DNA from: Octopus sinensis
Lineage: Eukaryota
NCBI RefSeq assembly: GCF_006345805.1
Contig: NW_021834288.1
Location: 1-48,735 of the forward strand
Direction of reading: 5' to 3'
DNA: 48,735 nt
Shown here: positions 23,788 through 37,512 of the stretch, piece after piece
Position numbering within the stretch: the stretch's first letter is position 1
How the letters are laid out: every line of letters begins with the position of its first letter
Position numbers and translations under genes: made by a program
The notes under the pieces: generated by a model
What the model saw: the letters and a program-made list of their open reading frames with translations, nothing else
What the model was told of the DNA's origin: nothing
Database searches by the model: none

Positions 23788-24167
23788 ACACATACACACA
23801 CACACACTCTCACACTCACACATACATATATATATATAATATGATATATGACATATACCTTATAAAAAAGTTGTTTTTCATTTATTTATCTCACAACCTA
23901 ACGCAGATAGACCATACGAATATCAACTCCTCGTAATATCGTCTTTGAAGACAGACAAATTGTTTATTGATTTTGAATTCTTTTAAAACTCAATCAACCT
24001 CTCATATACTTTGATCCGCTCAGAACAAAAAATAATACAAACTGCACTTTCGGTATTAATTAACCCACAGACTCAAGTACACATAATTATTCTTGATTCT
24101 CATTACACCTTTTACACCGAGGTTAAATGTCAAGGAATTCTAAGTCTGCAATAAGTTTATTAACGAT

Positions 24168-24288
24168 CTATCTTGAAGCCATATTGGTTTCTGGAAATTC
24201 ATCCCTGCCAATGGTTTTCATGCTGTTATCATCTTGTACTTGTTCAACAGGAATGGTAAAAGTGTCGAGCTTGTCGGTTTCGAAGTGC
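24168..24288 (-). CDS. Candidate terminal coding exon, unidentified protein
   Basis: Acceptor ttttattcAG|G. Phase-1 frame HFETDKLDTFTIPVEQVQDDNSMKTIGRDEFPETNMASR*. AATAAA about 6 nt after the stop. No partner exon or homology recognised. Confidence 0.25.
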
Positions 24289-24299
24289 CTGAATAAAAA

Positions 24300-24720
24300 C
24301 TTGGATAAATTTAGATATGTTTCAGCTAAAAATTGGTCCAGGCCATGTCTAACTTAATAGCGCCAGACGATAGAATCTGTTAAGTTAGTTTTAAATCAAG
24401 TCTTATGGTACCCTGGCCCATTCAAATAAGGAGTTGTTGTTGAATGAGATGTATCCAGGCTTGTATGGTATCCCTTGAACAAATTTGTCTTGATGTGATG
24501 GAATGTTTTCTTCCTTGACTTGTTTTGGGATATGTTAAATAGAAAAAGGCCACTTGAGGAAAAGAAATTGTGTTGCAGTGAATTTATGTGTTGTGATCCT
24601 GAATTGTGTAGAGGGCGTATGGTATGTAGTCCCAACCTTGGATGAATTCTGAATTCGATGTTAAGGCCGTTTGGCAATGCTGGTAGCATACCCTCCACAT
24701 TGTGCAAATGATGTAGCACT
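24300..24720 (-). mobile_element. 3' end of a CR1-like LINE
   Basis: Joined frames NSLQHNFFSSSGLFLFN/IPKQVKEE..DKFVQGIPYKPGYISFNNNSLFEWA, typical of a CR1-type ORF2 C-terminus. The 3' UTR motif is shared with 1660-1718. Confidence 0.6.
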
Positions 24721-25379
24721 CACAGCGGGGATGAGGAGAATAAAGTTTCAATGTTTTAAAGTACGTTATAGGCTCAGCGCCTTCCTATGGACCAAACACA
24801 TTTAATGAAAACAACACCAACAACAACAACAGCATGATATATTCACAAGATTACGCAAATCGTTTTAGCATCAACTTGAAACTCTTCATTTCTTGAAACA
24901 GAAAAATTCCGTTCTTGTGACTGAAATCCCACTCCAAATTCATGATTGCATTAGTATCTTATGGCATCATCAGTTTACCATTTTCATTCTTCGTATATAT
25001 TCTGATAGATTGTCATATCTACTGGAAAAAATTACAGAAATTCTTACATACCGATGGTTATAACTTTTCCTTTGTGCAACAGCTGTCAACTTCGAAATCA
25101 ATTCATGTGTTGTGATGCCAAAGATCACCGAAAGCCGAAACTAATGTGTTCTGTTTGCCTAGAATGAACGTCCTTCATCACAATGATAATAAATTTTCGA
25201 GTACTTCTTCAATCACTTGAGATATCGATTTCTTCCACTGGGGTAGCAACTAGCTTAACCTTTGAGGCTATAATCTTAGATAGCTTTCCTCTATCTGTTT
25301 CACTTGATCACCATTCAAGATCCCTGAGATATAAAGCAAAATACATTTGCAAACCCACACAGAGCAGTCGAATGTTGTC

Positions 25380-25545
25380 AGGCACTGGAGTGGCTGGGTG
25401 ACAAGAACTTTGCTTCCCAACCACATCGTTTCTGATTCAGTCTCACAACGTGGCACCTGAAGCAAATGTCTTCTACTGTAGCTTTGGGTCGATCAAAGCC
25501 ATGTGAGTAGATTTGGCGGACGGAAACTGAAAGAAACTAGTTGTA
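25380..25545 (+). mobile_element. OK-like SINE 5' half
   Basis: gagtggctgggtgacaagaactttgcttcccaaccacat..cggaaactgaaagaa. Confidence 0.8.
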
Positions 25546-25699
25546 CATACATGCATGCATACATACATACGTGGTAGCTGCTCCTCGTTATCGAGTATGG
25601 CCATTGTATGAAGCTTAATCAATGTTGTATCGTGCAATGCCTGTGCAAGAATATTTTTTTTAAAGTGGGGAAAGGCTATGCACTGAGTCAATCCCACTC

Positions 25700-26130
25700 A
25701 CTAAGCAACAGCAGCCATAATCCGAAAAGAACAAGTCAACATCATCGGTAACCACTGAGCCGCAGGTTTTATGTCGGAGTTATCCCAGTTACCTGAGTTA
25801 CCTTCTCCTAGAAGGATGCCTTAACAAAGACTGGGAGTCCTTCACTCCCAATGGTTTAACCGCGCGATCGGGTATTCTGTCCGATTATTTCTATGTCCCC
25901 GCGCATGATACATCCTTAAGACATTTATTGGATGGCCGTTGACTCTCAAAAGTTCCTCCGCCCTTTGACGGGTTTTGTTTTTCATCCCGCAAGGTGTCCA
26001 ATAAACACCCTCCTCACCAAGCAAGCTTGGTGGGGTTGCCGGTTTAGTCACCAACGACCCGACCATGCAACAGGTTGTACTGGGTTACATGTTACCAGTA
26101 GCACTCGAAAGTGACCTGACATACATACAT
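25700..26130 (-). mobile_element. RTE-like LINE 5' UTR fragment
   Basis: GC-richer island. Minus-strand motif aaggcatccttctaggagaaggtaactc resembles RTE 5' UTRs. No coding part present. Confidence 0.35.
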
Positions 26131-26581
26131 GAATACATACATACATACATACATACATACATACATACATAGTCGCGTGTTTGGCGTGGGAGATTATTTA
26201 TCGAAAATGCGATGAATATTATCTCGAACTATGGAGCCACAACTATCAGCCTTGTTAAATAACTGGTTAATCTTCAGATGAATTAACTGAGGAAGCCGTT
26301 TATTCATAATTGTTGTGATTTTCGACTGAAACTTGAATTTAGCATGCAGAGAGTAACTACAAACAACATGGATGGACACACCAACAATGCAATCGAGGAA
26401 CAGAAAGAAAATAACAGCTCAACAGCTAAACAAATTCCTTCTAGTTGTAGTTTTAGAAAAAACCGTAACTACGAATCTCACTTCTATGCAAAATATATGC
26501 ATGAGAATACATACATAAAACATACAAATCTGGACATAAATACATACATGCATACATACCTACATACATACATAACATACA

Positions 26582-26614
<33 letters not shown>

Positions 26615-27044
26615 GCATACATAACCTTTTGTTGACGTTGGAATACCAATAAAAGAACGTTGGATCTAGGTTAGAAACCGTTTCTTTCTCTATTGGCAAG
26701 AAATCTTGAAATAAACTGAATAATGATATACATACATACATACATTCATACATACATGTGTGTGTGTGAGTGTCCAACCATCGCTTGACAACCGGTGCTG
26801 GTGTGTTTACGTGTCCCGTAACCAAGCGGTTCGGCAAAATAGACCAGGCTAACAAAATAAATAAGTACTAAAATCGATTCATTCAGAAAAAATTCTTGGA
26901 GATGATGCCCCAGCATGGTCGCAGTCAAATGACTGAAAAAAATAGGCGATAAACGATAATTTTCAACTTTGGTCTGACTACGGTTCTTCTCAGCAATTCT
27001 ATTCTTCATTCCTTTATTACATTAAATGTCCTCATCTATCTTGA

Positions 27045-27212
27045 AGGCACGTGGATTAGTGGTTAGGGTATTCAGCTCAAGATCGTAAGGTCGTGAGTTA
27101 AGGGTACCCCTATCTGTGGAGTACTCAGCCACTTGCACGTTAGTTTCGCGAGCAGGCTGTTCCATTCTTCGGATCAACTGGAACACTCGTCGTCGTAACC
27201 GACGGAGAATCA
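27045..27212 (+). mobile_element. Internally deleted OR-like SINE (head fused to the ..ctcgtcgtcgtaaccgacgga tail)
   Basis: ggcacgtggattagtggttagggt.. joined to tctgtggagtactcagccacttgcacgtt..caactggaacactcgtcgtcgtaaccgacgga. Same tail as at 36105 and 46875. Confidence 0.65.
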
Positions 27213-27244
27213 CTTGTCTACCTCTGGGTAAACATGGCTTTTTA

Positions 27245-27496
27245 TCTTTTCATACTCTTTTACTTTTTTACACATTTCAGTCATTTGACTGCTGCCATGC
27301 TGGAGCACCGCCTTTAGTCAAACAAATTGACCCAGGGCTTATTATTTGTAAGTCTAGTACTTATTCTATCGCTCTCTTTTGCCGAACCGCTAAGTTTCGG
27401 GACGTAAACACACCAACATCGATTATCAAGCGATGGTGGTGGAACAAACACAGACACAAAAAGACATACATTACATTCATACATAACATACATAAT

Positions 27497-27530
<34 letters not shown>

Positions 27531-27752
27531 ATATATATATATATAATATTATAAATACCTATATATACATATATATATATATATAGCTATATATTATATA
27601 TATATGACGGGCTTCTTCCAGTTTCCGTCCACAAATTCACTCACAAGGCTTTGGTCAGCCCAATGCTATAGTAAAAAACATTTACCCAAGGTGACACAAG
27701 AGGGACTGAACCCAGGACCATGTGGCTGGTAAGCAAGCTTCTTACCACATAA
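27245..27752 (-). mobile_element. Complete OK-like SINE with internal (TA)n
   Basis: 3' half 27245-27460, (TA)n to 27604, 5' half 27605-27752. Confidence 0.85.
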
Positions 27753-28204
27753 CCACCCGTGTTTGCTATTTACACAGATACTGAACCCGTTATCCATCAT
27801 TTCGAATATTTGAGGAATCATTCCCCGCCTCTCAGTGCCCTTCTTTCTCTCCTTCTCTCTCCACCCTCTCCTGTTTTCTCCTTCTCTCTCTCTCTCTCAC
27901 TATCAGCCTAATGTCTAAACAAGGTCTGTAAAACTTAGTGACACGGAGTTCAAAATCTTTCTATCACAAAGCGGGAGTGTGACAAGAACAAATTAGAACC
28001 ATTATCTTACATTGACTTTACTCTATAATATTCTACAAAACAAAAGAACGATAAATGCGTCACACACATTGCTGATAGGCCAGTTGCTGGAGTAATTGAG
28101 CTGAGATGACATTTCCTATGGACGTGCTGTGTCCAAAACACAATAAATATCTAAGAACTTTCGTCTTATTATCTCATAAGCAGTCGTGTCAATTATTTTG
28201 ACAC

Positions 28205-28400
28205 AGGGCCAGCAATTTCGGAGGAGGGGGAAAGTTGATTGTATCAACCCCAGTGTTAGACTGGTACTTATTTTATCACTCCAAAAGGGATGAAAGGCAA
28301 AGACGACTTCGGTGTAATTTGAACCCAGAACATAATGCCGGACAAAATCCTGCTGAGCATTTTGTCCAGTTTGTTAATGATTCTGTCATGTCACCGCCTT
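28205..28400 (-). mobile_element. Diverged Nin-like SINE
   Basis: Minus aaggcggtgacatgacagaatc..ggttcaaattacaccgaagtcgtctttgcctttcatcc. Confidence 0.75.
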
Positions 28401-28734
28401 AGTCGTATTAATTATATTAAGGACAAATAAGAAAATATAAAAATTTATAAAAAAAATAAGATTTGTATTTAAATTGCAAATTATTCTTAGCTGTTCAATT
28501 TAATTTTTCTTTCCTTCATTTTTATTTTCTTCTGGTGAATCTTTGGCTTTGTAAATGTATTTTAAAATATGGTTTATTTCCAGACAGTTATTAAGACACG
28601 ACAGACACACGTATGTCCATTAGTTACACATTTTCCCAAATATATACACGTTCACATCAACACACGTACAAACATAAACTCGAAACAATGAATAATTGAT
28701 TAAATAAATTTGAAGACACATAAAAACAATGCAA

Positions 28735-28746
28735 TTATATATATTG

Positions 28747-28813
<67 letters not shown>

Positions 28814-28844
28814 TTTGTGTGTATTGTGTGTGTGTGTGTATGTG

Positions 28845-28894
<50 letters not shown>

Positions 28895-29730
28895 TGTGCC
28901 TGTATGTACGTATGTTATATATATATGTGTGTGTGTGAGTGTGTATGTATATATATATGCGTGTGCCTGTATGTATGTATGTTTTTATATATGTGTGTAT
29001 GTGTATATATATATATATGCGTGCGCCTGTATGTACGTATGTATATGTATATATATGTGTGTGTGTGTATACGCACTCACTCAAACGCACATACACGTAT
29101 AAAACAGTCACACAGACACACACATACATATCCCGATATACATATATGCATATATACGTATGTATATATGTATTAATATGTGTATGCGAGCACATGTTTG
29201 TGCCTGTGTATGTGTATGCGTGTGCGTGCGCGTGTTCGTGCATGTATGTGTTTGTGCGTGTGTGTGTATGTACGTGTGTGTGTGTGTGTGTGTGGTATGT
29301 ACGTGTGTGTGTGTGTGTGGTGTATGTACGTGTGTGTGTGTGTGTGTAATGTATGCGATAACGATTATGTTTGTCTGTCTGACACATCAGACATAATCTC
29401 ATAAATATAGGCACAATGATTTCACATCTCATCGCAACACTTTCCTCAAATCGACTTAATTCTTCAAATTATATTTATTTTTGGTCAGGATTGTTTTAAG
29501 AAAATATAGTTTCCACTATATATGTGTGTCTGGCACTTATTTGTGCATTTCCCGTTTTAATATGTGTAATGGCTTTCCCTTCCTTCTTCTAATGGCCTTG
29601 AAATCTAGACAACATCTTGTGTAATAATAATAATAATAATACATACATATATATATTCATATATATATGTACATATTCATATATATATCCATACCTATCT
29701 CTATATCTATATCTATATGTATATCTATCT

Positions 29731-29827
<97 letters not shown>

Positions 29828-29828
29828 A

Positions 29829-29869
<41 letters not shown>

Positions 29870-29871
29870 CA

Positions 29872-29934
<63 letters not shown>

Positions 29935-30258
29935 CCGCATATGTGTGTGTATTCATTTATATACACTATATACCCATACAAGCACGCACACGATTATAAA
30001 TATGCACACGTGTGTTTGTGTGTGAATATACGTATATATGAGTGTATATGTATGCTAATGACTATATATGTACATGTATATGTATATATATATGTGTATA
30101 TACATACATTTATATTTATGTATATATATATATGCATTTATATTTATGTATATAAATATCTATATTTATATATATATATATATATGCATTTATATATATT
30201 TCTTGTATATTCATATATTATGCATTATATGTTAAATTTCCCATAGAAGTGTATGTAT

Positions 30259-30291
<33 letters not shown>

Positions 30292-30420
30292 CACATTTAT
30301 ATATACATATATATATGTGTGTATATACATGTGTATATATATATATATATACATATGTGTTTGTGTGTATGCATATTTGTGCCCACACATACATGCATGC
30401 AACTATGTTCACATACACCT
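28735..30420. repeat. About 1.7-kb compound microsatellite field (TA, TG, TATC, TC, ATA)
   Basis: Direct inspection. All ORF-track entries here are repeat translations. Confidence 0.9.
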
Positions 30421-31231
30421 ACGTACTACGTACACGCTCCCATGCACTCACACAGATATAAACAAATATCTCGGAAGCTCAGAACGCCATAAATGCTTAT
30501 TTGTTGTTCTTCGTTTCCGATTTTCGGTCGATGCTGATCAATAGAAAAATAGGAAACATAAAATCAGAAACCGCAAAAATAATCAAATGAATAATTACAA
30601 TAAAATTGAATACCATTAATCTTTAATCGTTGCTGAGAAAATTTCAAGTCATGGGTAGGGCGGTTAAGAAGTATGTCTCCCATCTATGTGGTCTTGGGTT
30701 CAGTTCTACCACGTGGCACTTTGGGCAGATATTTTATTCTGTATCTAACCCCACCTCCACTACCGAACTTGCTGGCCTCGTGTCGAAATTTGAAACGAAT
30801 AATCTCTTAATTTCACAATTTCCTCCCATTTATTTCTCTCAAAACGCAACGTTCTTTATTTCCCAAATTTAACATTATTCCAACAACTGCTTCCAATTAA
30901 ACTCAATAATATTCTAAGAGACACATTTATAATTACGTTACACTCATTGCTATTCGTGGCAGTGGTGGTGGTGGTAGTGGATTTTTCGATCGAATTAAGG
31001 CAAACTATATTTCCGTTGGTTTTTCAAATTGCTGACTGAAGTGATTGTATACGGTGTGAGTTGCATTATTTCAATGAATGGTCAGCACTCAATAAAATAT
31101 CGCATTTCGCACTGCATACAATCGCCACTGTTCCTCTCAATGAAATAGCACTACTCATACAACACATCCTTTACAGTTACCATTCAATATAATCATATAA
31201 GCTACACAGCAACATAATCACCACCCGACAC

Positions 31232-32232
31232 TAAGGCAGCGAGCTGGCAGAAACGTTAGCATGCTGGGCGAAATGCTTAGCGGTACTTCGTCTGCCGCTA
31301 CGTTCTGAGTTCAAATTCCGCCGAGGTCGAGTTGCCTTTCATCATTTCGGGGTCGATTAAATAAGTACCGGTTGCGCACTGGGATCGATATAATCGACTT
31401 AATCCGTTTGTCTGTCCTTGTTTGACACCCTGTGTGTAGCTCCTTGTGGGCAGTGAAGAAATAAGAAACGTAAGCATGCCGGGCAAAATGCTTAGCTGTC
31501 CTTCGTCTGTCTTTACATTATGAATTGAAATTCCATCGAGGTCGACTTTGCCTTTCGGATTTCGGGTTCAATAAATTAAGTACTAGTTGCATACTGGGGA
31601 CGATCTAATCGACCGACCTCCTCCCCCCAAATTTCGAGCCTTGTGCCTAGAGAAGAAAAGATTATTTGAAATAGCGGGGGCGGCGAGCTGGCAGAAATGT
31701 TAGCGCGCCGGGCGAAATGCGTAGCGGTATTTCGTCTGCAGTTACGTTCTTAGTTCAAATTCCGCCGATGTCGACTTTGCCTTTCATCCTTTCGGGATCG
31801 ATTAAATAAGTACCAGTTACGCACTGGGGTCGATATAATCGACTTAATCCCTTTGTCTGTCCTTGTTTGTTCTCTCTGTGTTTAGCTCCTTGTGAGTAGT
31901 AAAGAAATAGGTATTTCGTCTGCCGCTACGTTCTGAGTTCAAATTCCGCGCGAGGTCGACTTTGCCTTTCATCCTTTGGGGGTCGATAAATTAAGTACCA
32001 TTTACGCCTTGGGGTCGATATAATCGACTTAATCCGTTTGTCTGTCCTTGTTTGTCCTCTCTGTGTTTAGCCCCTTGTGGGTAGTAAAGAAATAGGTATT
32101 TCGTCTGTTTTTACGTTCTCAGTTCAAATTCAACCGCGGTCAACTTTGACTTTCATCCTTTCGGGGTCAATAAATTAAGTACCAGTTGCGTACTGGAGTC
32201 GATCGAATCGACTGGTTCCCTCCCCCCAAATT
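31232..32232 (+). mobile_element. Two adjacent multimeric Nin-like SINEs
   Basis: Heads at about 31232 and 31677. In the second, tatttcgtc recurs at 31728, 31912 and 32097 (period 184-185 bp) before the ccccccaaattt tail. Confidence 0.85.
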
Positions 32233-32494
32233 TGCGTTTCATACTACTTCATGGTAGTAGCATTAATTCTCGATGGTGATGGAAAGATAAAACAGTTGAG
32301 CGGGTTGGCATCCATGTCTGACTAAAAGTTCTAAAAGACAACGAGAAAACAAACTCTGCAAAAAAACAAAACTAACGTAGTACACAAACCACAGTTGCAC
32401 ACATCTCAGGAATACAGGGGTGGGGTTTGGGCAGTTGGTGATGCTGTAGAATCTCGTGTAAAACTTTTGAAATCATGAGAATTATGATAATGTT

Positions 32495-32535
32495 GTTGCT
32501 GTTATTGTTATTGTTGTTGATGATGATGATAATGA

Positions 32536-32569
<34 letters not shown>

Positions 32570-32592
32570 GGTGGTAGTGATGGTGGTAGTGG

Positions 32593-32628
<36 letters not shown>

Positions 32629-32645
32629 CGACGACGATGATGATA
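32495..32645. repeat. (GAT)/(GGT)n microsatellite
   Basis: Direct inspection. Confidence 0.95.
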
Positions 32646-33189
32646 AAATTAGTGTTTGCTATTATTTTTGTTGCTGCATATTACCATCATTTCTATATTC
32701 ATCTCTTCTCCATCTTCTTACCAATGAAAAGAAAAGATGTTTGATGTCTGCTACCGAACCGATTGTAGATTAGTTTCCAGTTGGTATATTCCATGCAAGA
32801 TACTTACTGATCTCGAAGATAAGCAATTTTCAATGCTTCGCTTAGTTCCATCTCGACTTATCGTTTCTTAATATTGTGACCTTTCTCTTCTCTCTCTTTC
32901 TTTTTCTTTAACGTTTGTAGAAGATGAAGATATATGGTGATTAGAAGGAGCTATGGAGCAACAGAAGAACTATTACGGTCATTAAATAAGATCAGGCGTT
33001 CTGATTGGACGGCCGACCTTGTTTATTAGCTGACTGGGTAAAACGTTAAATAGTCTGGGTTTTTATCGAAGCCAATGCCTGACAAAACTGGCTTACGAAA
33101 TGGGGAATAGAATTTCAGTAACTGAATGATTGAATGGTAAATACGACCAAATAATTTAAATATGTGTGCAATTCATACAATACGTTTTT

Positions 33190-34240
33190 GAAAGCGCAGA
33201 CCAGCGTAATCTCGGACAGAGTTATCTAGAATAACATCCAGCTCATCGAAGACATGGTGGAAAACATAACTAGCTTTGGTAAAACTCTATTGAATTCGGA
33301 TCAATTAAAAGTTTCCGATTGGATCGACCGTCTTTACTTGTAAGCTATCAGTCCTGTTTTAAGAGGGTTGGTCGTTTCAGTTCGGTGTTGGGAATAGATG
33401 ACTACGCACCGAACACGTTTCGAACTACATGTTACGTCTTTCAAAAGTGACTTCTCGAATATATTCTGTATGTATTGATTCGTGAGCTAATATTGAAAAA
33501 AATAAATAAATAAAACGAAAAATAAAAAAAATAAAGGTGCTGTGGGATATCCCGTTCGAAATGAAATGCTGGAGAGTGTGTGGTTACATGTGGATGACAT
33601 AATTAAAATTGTGTCCGACACCAAGAGATCTAGATGGTGAACCTCACTTTATGAGACGGTGTCAGGAATAACATTTAGCCCAGACAAGTTGGTGAGATTG
33701 CAGATCGGCATTTGGAGAGGCAAGTCCATGATACTGCCCATCGTCTCGGGATGCTGAACCGACGAACCAGTCAAATATCTTGCGATCTGGTTCAAAAGTT
33801 GGACAAAGTCACGAACAGGATGGCCGGTCTCACCCAGAAGTGGACTAGAAGATATCCTGAAAGGAAGCGAACGTGTATTGTCGCCAGTTATATTTTTTAT
33901 ATTTCATCTAGTTTCAGCCCACGAGATGTGGCCAAGCTGGGGCACCGCCATACTACCGTCTAATCATTGTATTTTGCTCATTTTTGTCTGATCAAATTAG
34001 CGTCTGCCTTTTGACTTCTTGTGGAAGTGACGCGTCTCACTAATCAAACACAGTCTTCGTAGAGAGCTTGGTATCCTGTGGCTGATGATGCACAGATGAT
34101 ATAAACGACAGAATCTACACAGATTCTTGGTTACATTTGTTGATATGAGGTTAACTCTACAGGCACAGAAGTATTGTTTACAAGGCATGTTTGAAACGCG
34201 CGCAAAGCAACGAAACTGTTCTGCATTCGTCTAGTGTTAG
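33190..34240 (+). pseudogene. Highly decayed Tx1-like ORF2 remnant (copy 3)
   Basis: AQTSVISDRVI*NNIQL..LLNSDQLKVSDWIDRLYL matches TQTCAVPTRSIHDNLHL..LINLDQSKAFDRVDHRYL. HVDDIIKIVS..YETVSG..DKLVRLQIGIWRGK..TDEPVKYLAIWF matches YADDVTVVVS..YEAVTG..EKSVGLQLGTWRGK..TDGPVKLLGVWF. Confidence 0.8.
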
Positions 34241-34409
34241 TGCATTAGTGACTTCTGAATTTTAGTCAAACAGTTGTTGTTACCTGTAGGATGGATTTAA
34301 ATATCGGCCAAGTCCATCGCGAAAAACGTCTCGCCATTTTCCCGTGGAAGGGAAGAATAGTAATTTTTCGTCTGTCTGTTGGCGATGTGAAAGAGGTTGT
34401 GAAATGGCT

Positions 34410-34436
34410 ACTGGTGATGATGGTATTAATGATGAC

Positions 34437-34483
<47 letters not shown>

Positions 34484-34615
34484 CGATGATGGTTATGTTG
34501 GTGGGCATGTCGATGATGATGACGATGGTGGTGGTGGTGGTGGTGGTGGTGGTGGTGGTGGTGGTGTTGGTTGTGATAGTGAAAGTTGTGACGATGATGA
34601 TTAATAATGACAGTT
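34410..34615. repeat. (GAT)/(GGT)n microsatellite
   Basis: Direct inspection. Confidence 0.95.
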
Positions 34616-34779
34616 ACGATGTTGAAGAAGGCTAATGGTTATGAGGAAGATAATGATGATGGCGACGAGGAGTCAGAGAACTTCGCTGGTGCTATAATTA
34701 ACACTGGAGAGATTCAAACGTGGGCCAATAATTTTTTCCGTCATATTTCTATTTGACACTGGTTTGAAATTTTGGCAGA

Positions 34780-34972
34780 AGGCCAGAAGGTTTGGGGTAG
34801 GAGCTATGTCGATTAAATCGACCACAGTGATCAACTGGTGCTTATTTTATCGACCTCGAGAGGACGAAAGGCAAAGTCGATCCGGCGGAATTCGAACTCA
34901 GAACGTAAAGACGGACGAAACACCGCTAAGCACTTTTGCCCGGCGTGCTAACGATTCTGTCAACTCGCCGCC
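34780..34972 (-). mobile_element. Nin-like SINE monomer
   Basis: Minus ggcggcgagttgacagaatcgttagcacgccgggc..gagttcgaattccgccgg.. Confidence 0.8.
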
Positions 34973-36104
34973 ATATTTGTATTTGATATTAATGTACAAC
35001 CGACATCCTTGTCCCGTGTGCTCTGTATACATCGTCTGATGTATTTAACAAGCGTAACATTTAATAATCATAAGAACTCAGAACTGTGTAACATTGTCAT
35101 ATGATGTAAATTGTTTATTTATAATCGATTTTCTCTTAATAGTTATTATTTTTCAGTTTCATAGTTTCATTTTATTAATGTAATTCTCTGCCGCCATTGC
35201 AACGAGAATTAAAAGAAAGGAGAGTTGCGTGTTTTCTGTTGTGTTTAGCTACATCCCATGTTATGACAGCTGCAGAAGTTAGTACAATTTTATGCTGAAT
35301 TTACACAATTTTATTTAAATTGATTCCTCGCGTGACAAATGATTATGATATAGTAATGTTATGACTATCATTGAGACAAACATGGCTGTGTGATTAATAA
35401 TCTAGAATTACAAGCACGTAGTTCAGTGTTCAATCTTATGGTGTTTTGCCTGGAGCGAATGTCTTCTGCAATTACCTCAGGTTCAGTAATACCATTGTCA
35501 GTGGAATTTAGCTGACGGGAGCTATATCCGTGACAGATAGTACACATACACCCACAAACAGACATACACATATACAAGCACTCACACGAGCGTACACTCA
35601 CAACTACATACGTACGCGCACGTACATTTACACACACAACACCCTTCGTTTACTCTCACCCTTTACCTCCTCTTCTAAGCAAACACACATACAAGCATGC
35701 ATACACAGAGACATAAGACCAATTCGCAGACAGATTTAGAGGAGAGCTTGGAGCGAGAAGGGAAGTTACTAAGTCACTGAAAGTATCCCCAGCAGCAACG
35801 AAAGAATTTTGACTAACAAACAAGCGATTGATTGTTTAACCTGCGCGTTAAACAAAACGATTGATTCATTAGTTGGTTAGGCATTTAACCAATTAACTAA
35901 CAGTAAAGAAGTGAAATCGAACCTTTTGCGAGTGTTATCATTGGCATAATGGTTCTCCCAAGATAGCAAAATAACAAACCAAAACAAGCAACAAAAATCC
36001 AAAGCCAATGTTCTTCGAACGACGTCACTTAGTGATATTTATTCTACATGCAGTCTGGACACCTTCTTGTTACTTCTAAATTGACTTGTTAGACACCTAT
36101 ACTC

Positions 36105-36634
36105 GTGGCACTCCATCGGTTACGACGACGAGGGTTCCAGCTAATCCGATCAACGGAACAGCCTACTCGTGAAATTAACGTGCAAGTGGCTGAGCACTCC
36201 ACAGACACGTGTACCCTCAACGTAGTTCTCGGGGAGATTCAGCGTGACACAGAGTGTGACAAGGCTGGCTCCCTTTGAAATACAGGTACAACAGAAACAG
36301 GAAGAAGGAGTGAGAGAAAGTTGTAGTGAAAGACTACAGCAGGGTTCGTCACCACCCACTACCGGAGCCCGAAAGGATGAAAGGCAAAGTTGACCTCGGC
36401 GGAATTTGAACTCAAAACGTAAAGACAAACGAAATACCGCTAAGCATTTTGCCCAGCGTGCTAACGCTTCTTATTTCTTTACTGTCCGCAAGGGGCTACA
36501 CACAGAGGGGTCAAGCAAGGACAGACAAAGGTGTTTTCGCTCAATAAACACTCATAATGCCCGGTCTGGGAATCGAAACCGCGATCCTACGACCGCGAAT
36601 CCGCTGCCTTAACCACTGGGACCTTGTGCCTCCA
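36105..36634 (-). mobile_element. OR-like SINE with a nested Nin-like SINE segment (about 36370-36525)
   Basis: Head gtggaggcacaaggtcccagtggttaagg at 36634. Body resumes ggctccggtagtggg at about 36368. Tail ..ctcgtcgtcgtaaccgatggagtgcc. Confidence 0.8.
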
Positions 36635-36846
36635 CATTAGACACCAATAACCAACGACATTATTGCTCACGAACTGTGATATAAAATAAAGAAAGAGACA
36701 AAAAGAAAGAAAAGTAATTCATTCAGAGAATCAATTTTGCGCCTCTGGCATAAAAGTAATAATGACGGTTTTGATTGAAGTTGAAGAATTGAAACAAGTA
36801 TTCCTCTCTCTATGACTGTCTGTCTGTCTGTCTGTCTCTCGCTTTA

Positions 36847-36879
<33 letters not shown>

Positions 36880-37257
36880 ACACACAAACACGCACACACA
36901 CAAACACATGAACACACAAACACGCACACATACAAAAACACACACACACTCTCTCATGCACACAATTACCCTCTCTTACACACACTTCCCCTCACATGCA
37001 TACACCCTCTCTCTCACTCCCTCCCACACTCACACTCACTCTCTCTCTCTCACACGCCCACACACTCTCTCTCACATGCACACTTTCTCTCTTTTATACA
37101 CACACTCTCTCACACACTCTCCCTAGCTCACACTCTCTCTCACATACACATGCGCACACGCACTCTCTCCTTTCTGTGTATGCGCACATATACACAGGTA
37201 CATATATATACACACCTTCACACACAAAGACACACACTCACACGCGAACTCTCGCAC

Positions 37258-37298
<41 letters not shown>

Positions 37299-37512
37299 AC
37301 ACACACACACACTCATACATACATGCGCTTTCTTTCTCTTTTGAAATTAGAAATAAAATAACCACCAACACAAACCGGCTGACACAAAAACCAAAACAAA
37401 CCTTAAAATATCCTTGAACAATTTAGCCAGGGAAAAGGAGGCAACGCCTGCGAGGGGACACTGGCGAGACTGATGTGGTGGACGCCCAAACGCAACAAAG
37501 TCTGTAGATCAG

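Noticed and set aside
25050-25323. Minus frame interrupted only by TGA codons (5 times) after a good acceptor; similar at about 31010-31190. Considered a multi-Sec selenoprotein exon.
   Set aside because: No Cys/Sec-rich or redox motif and no SECIS recognised. TGA runs occur by chance in AT-rich DNA when many frames are inspected.
26194-26652. Opposite-strand ORFs (MQRVTTNN.. and ..SKITTIMNKRLP..)
   Set aside because: No clear splice boundaries or homology, and the plus ORF runs into (CATA)n.
28710-30544. Long ORFs of Y/I, C/V, H/T, LSIY or poly-I/L/M composition here and at 7.4-8.1, 15.0-15.3, 17.2-19.3, 20.6-21.0, 36.8-37.4 and 42.9-44.8 kb
   Set aside because: They are translations of microsatellites, which lack stop codons in some frames.
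35760-36060. Unique region with CCAAT, GACGTCA and TAAACA motifs, possible promoter or enhancer
   Set aside because: Short motifs are expected by chance, and there is no linked transcript or gene evidence.
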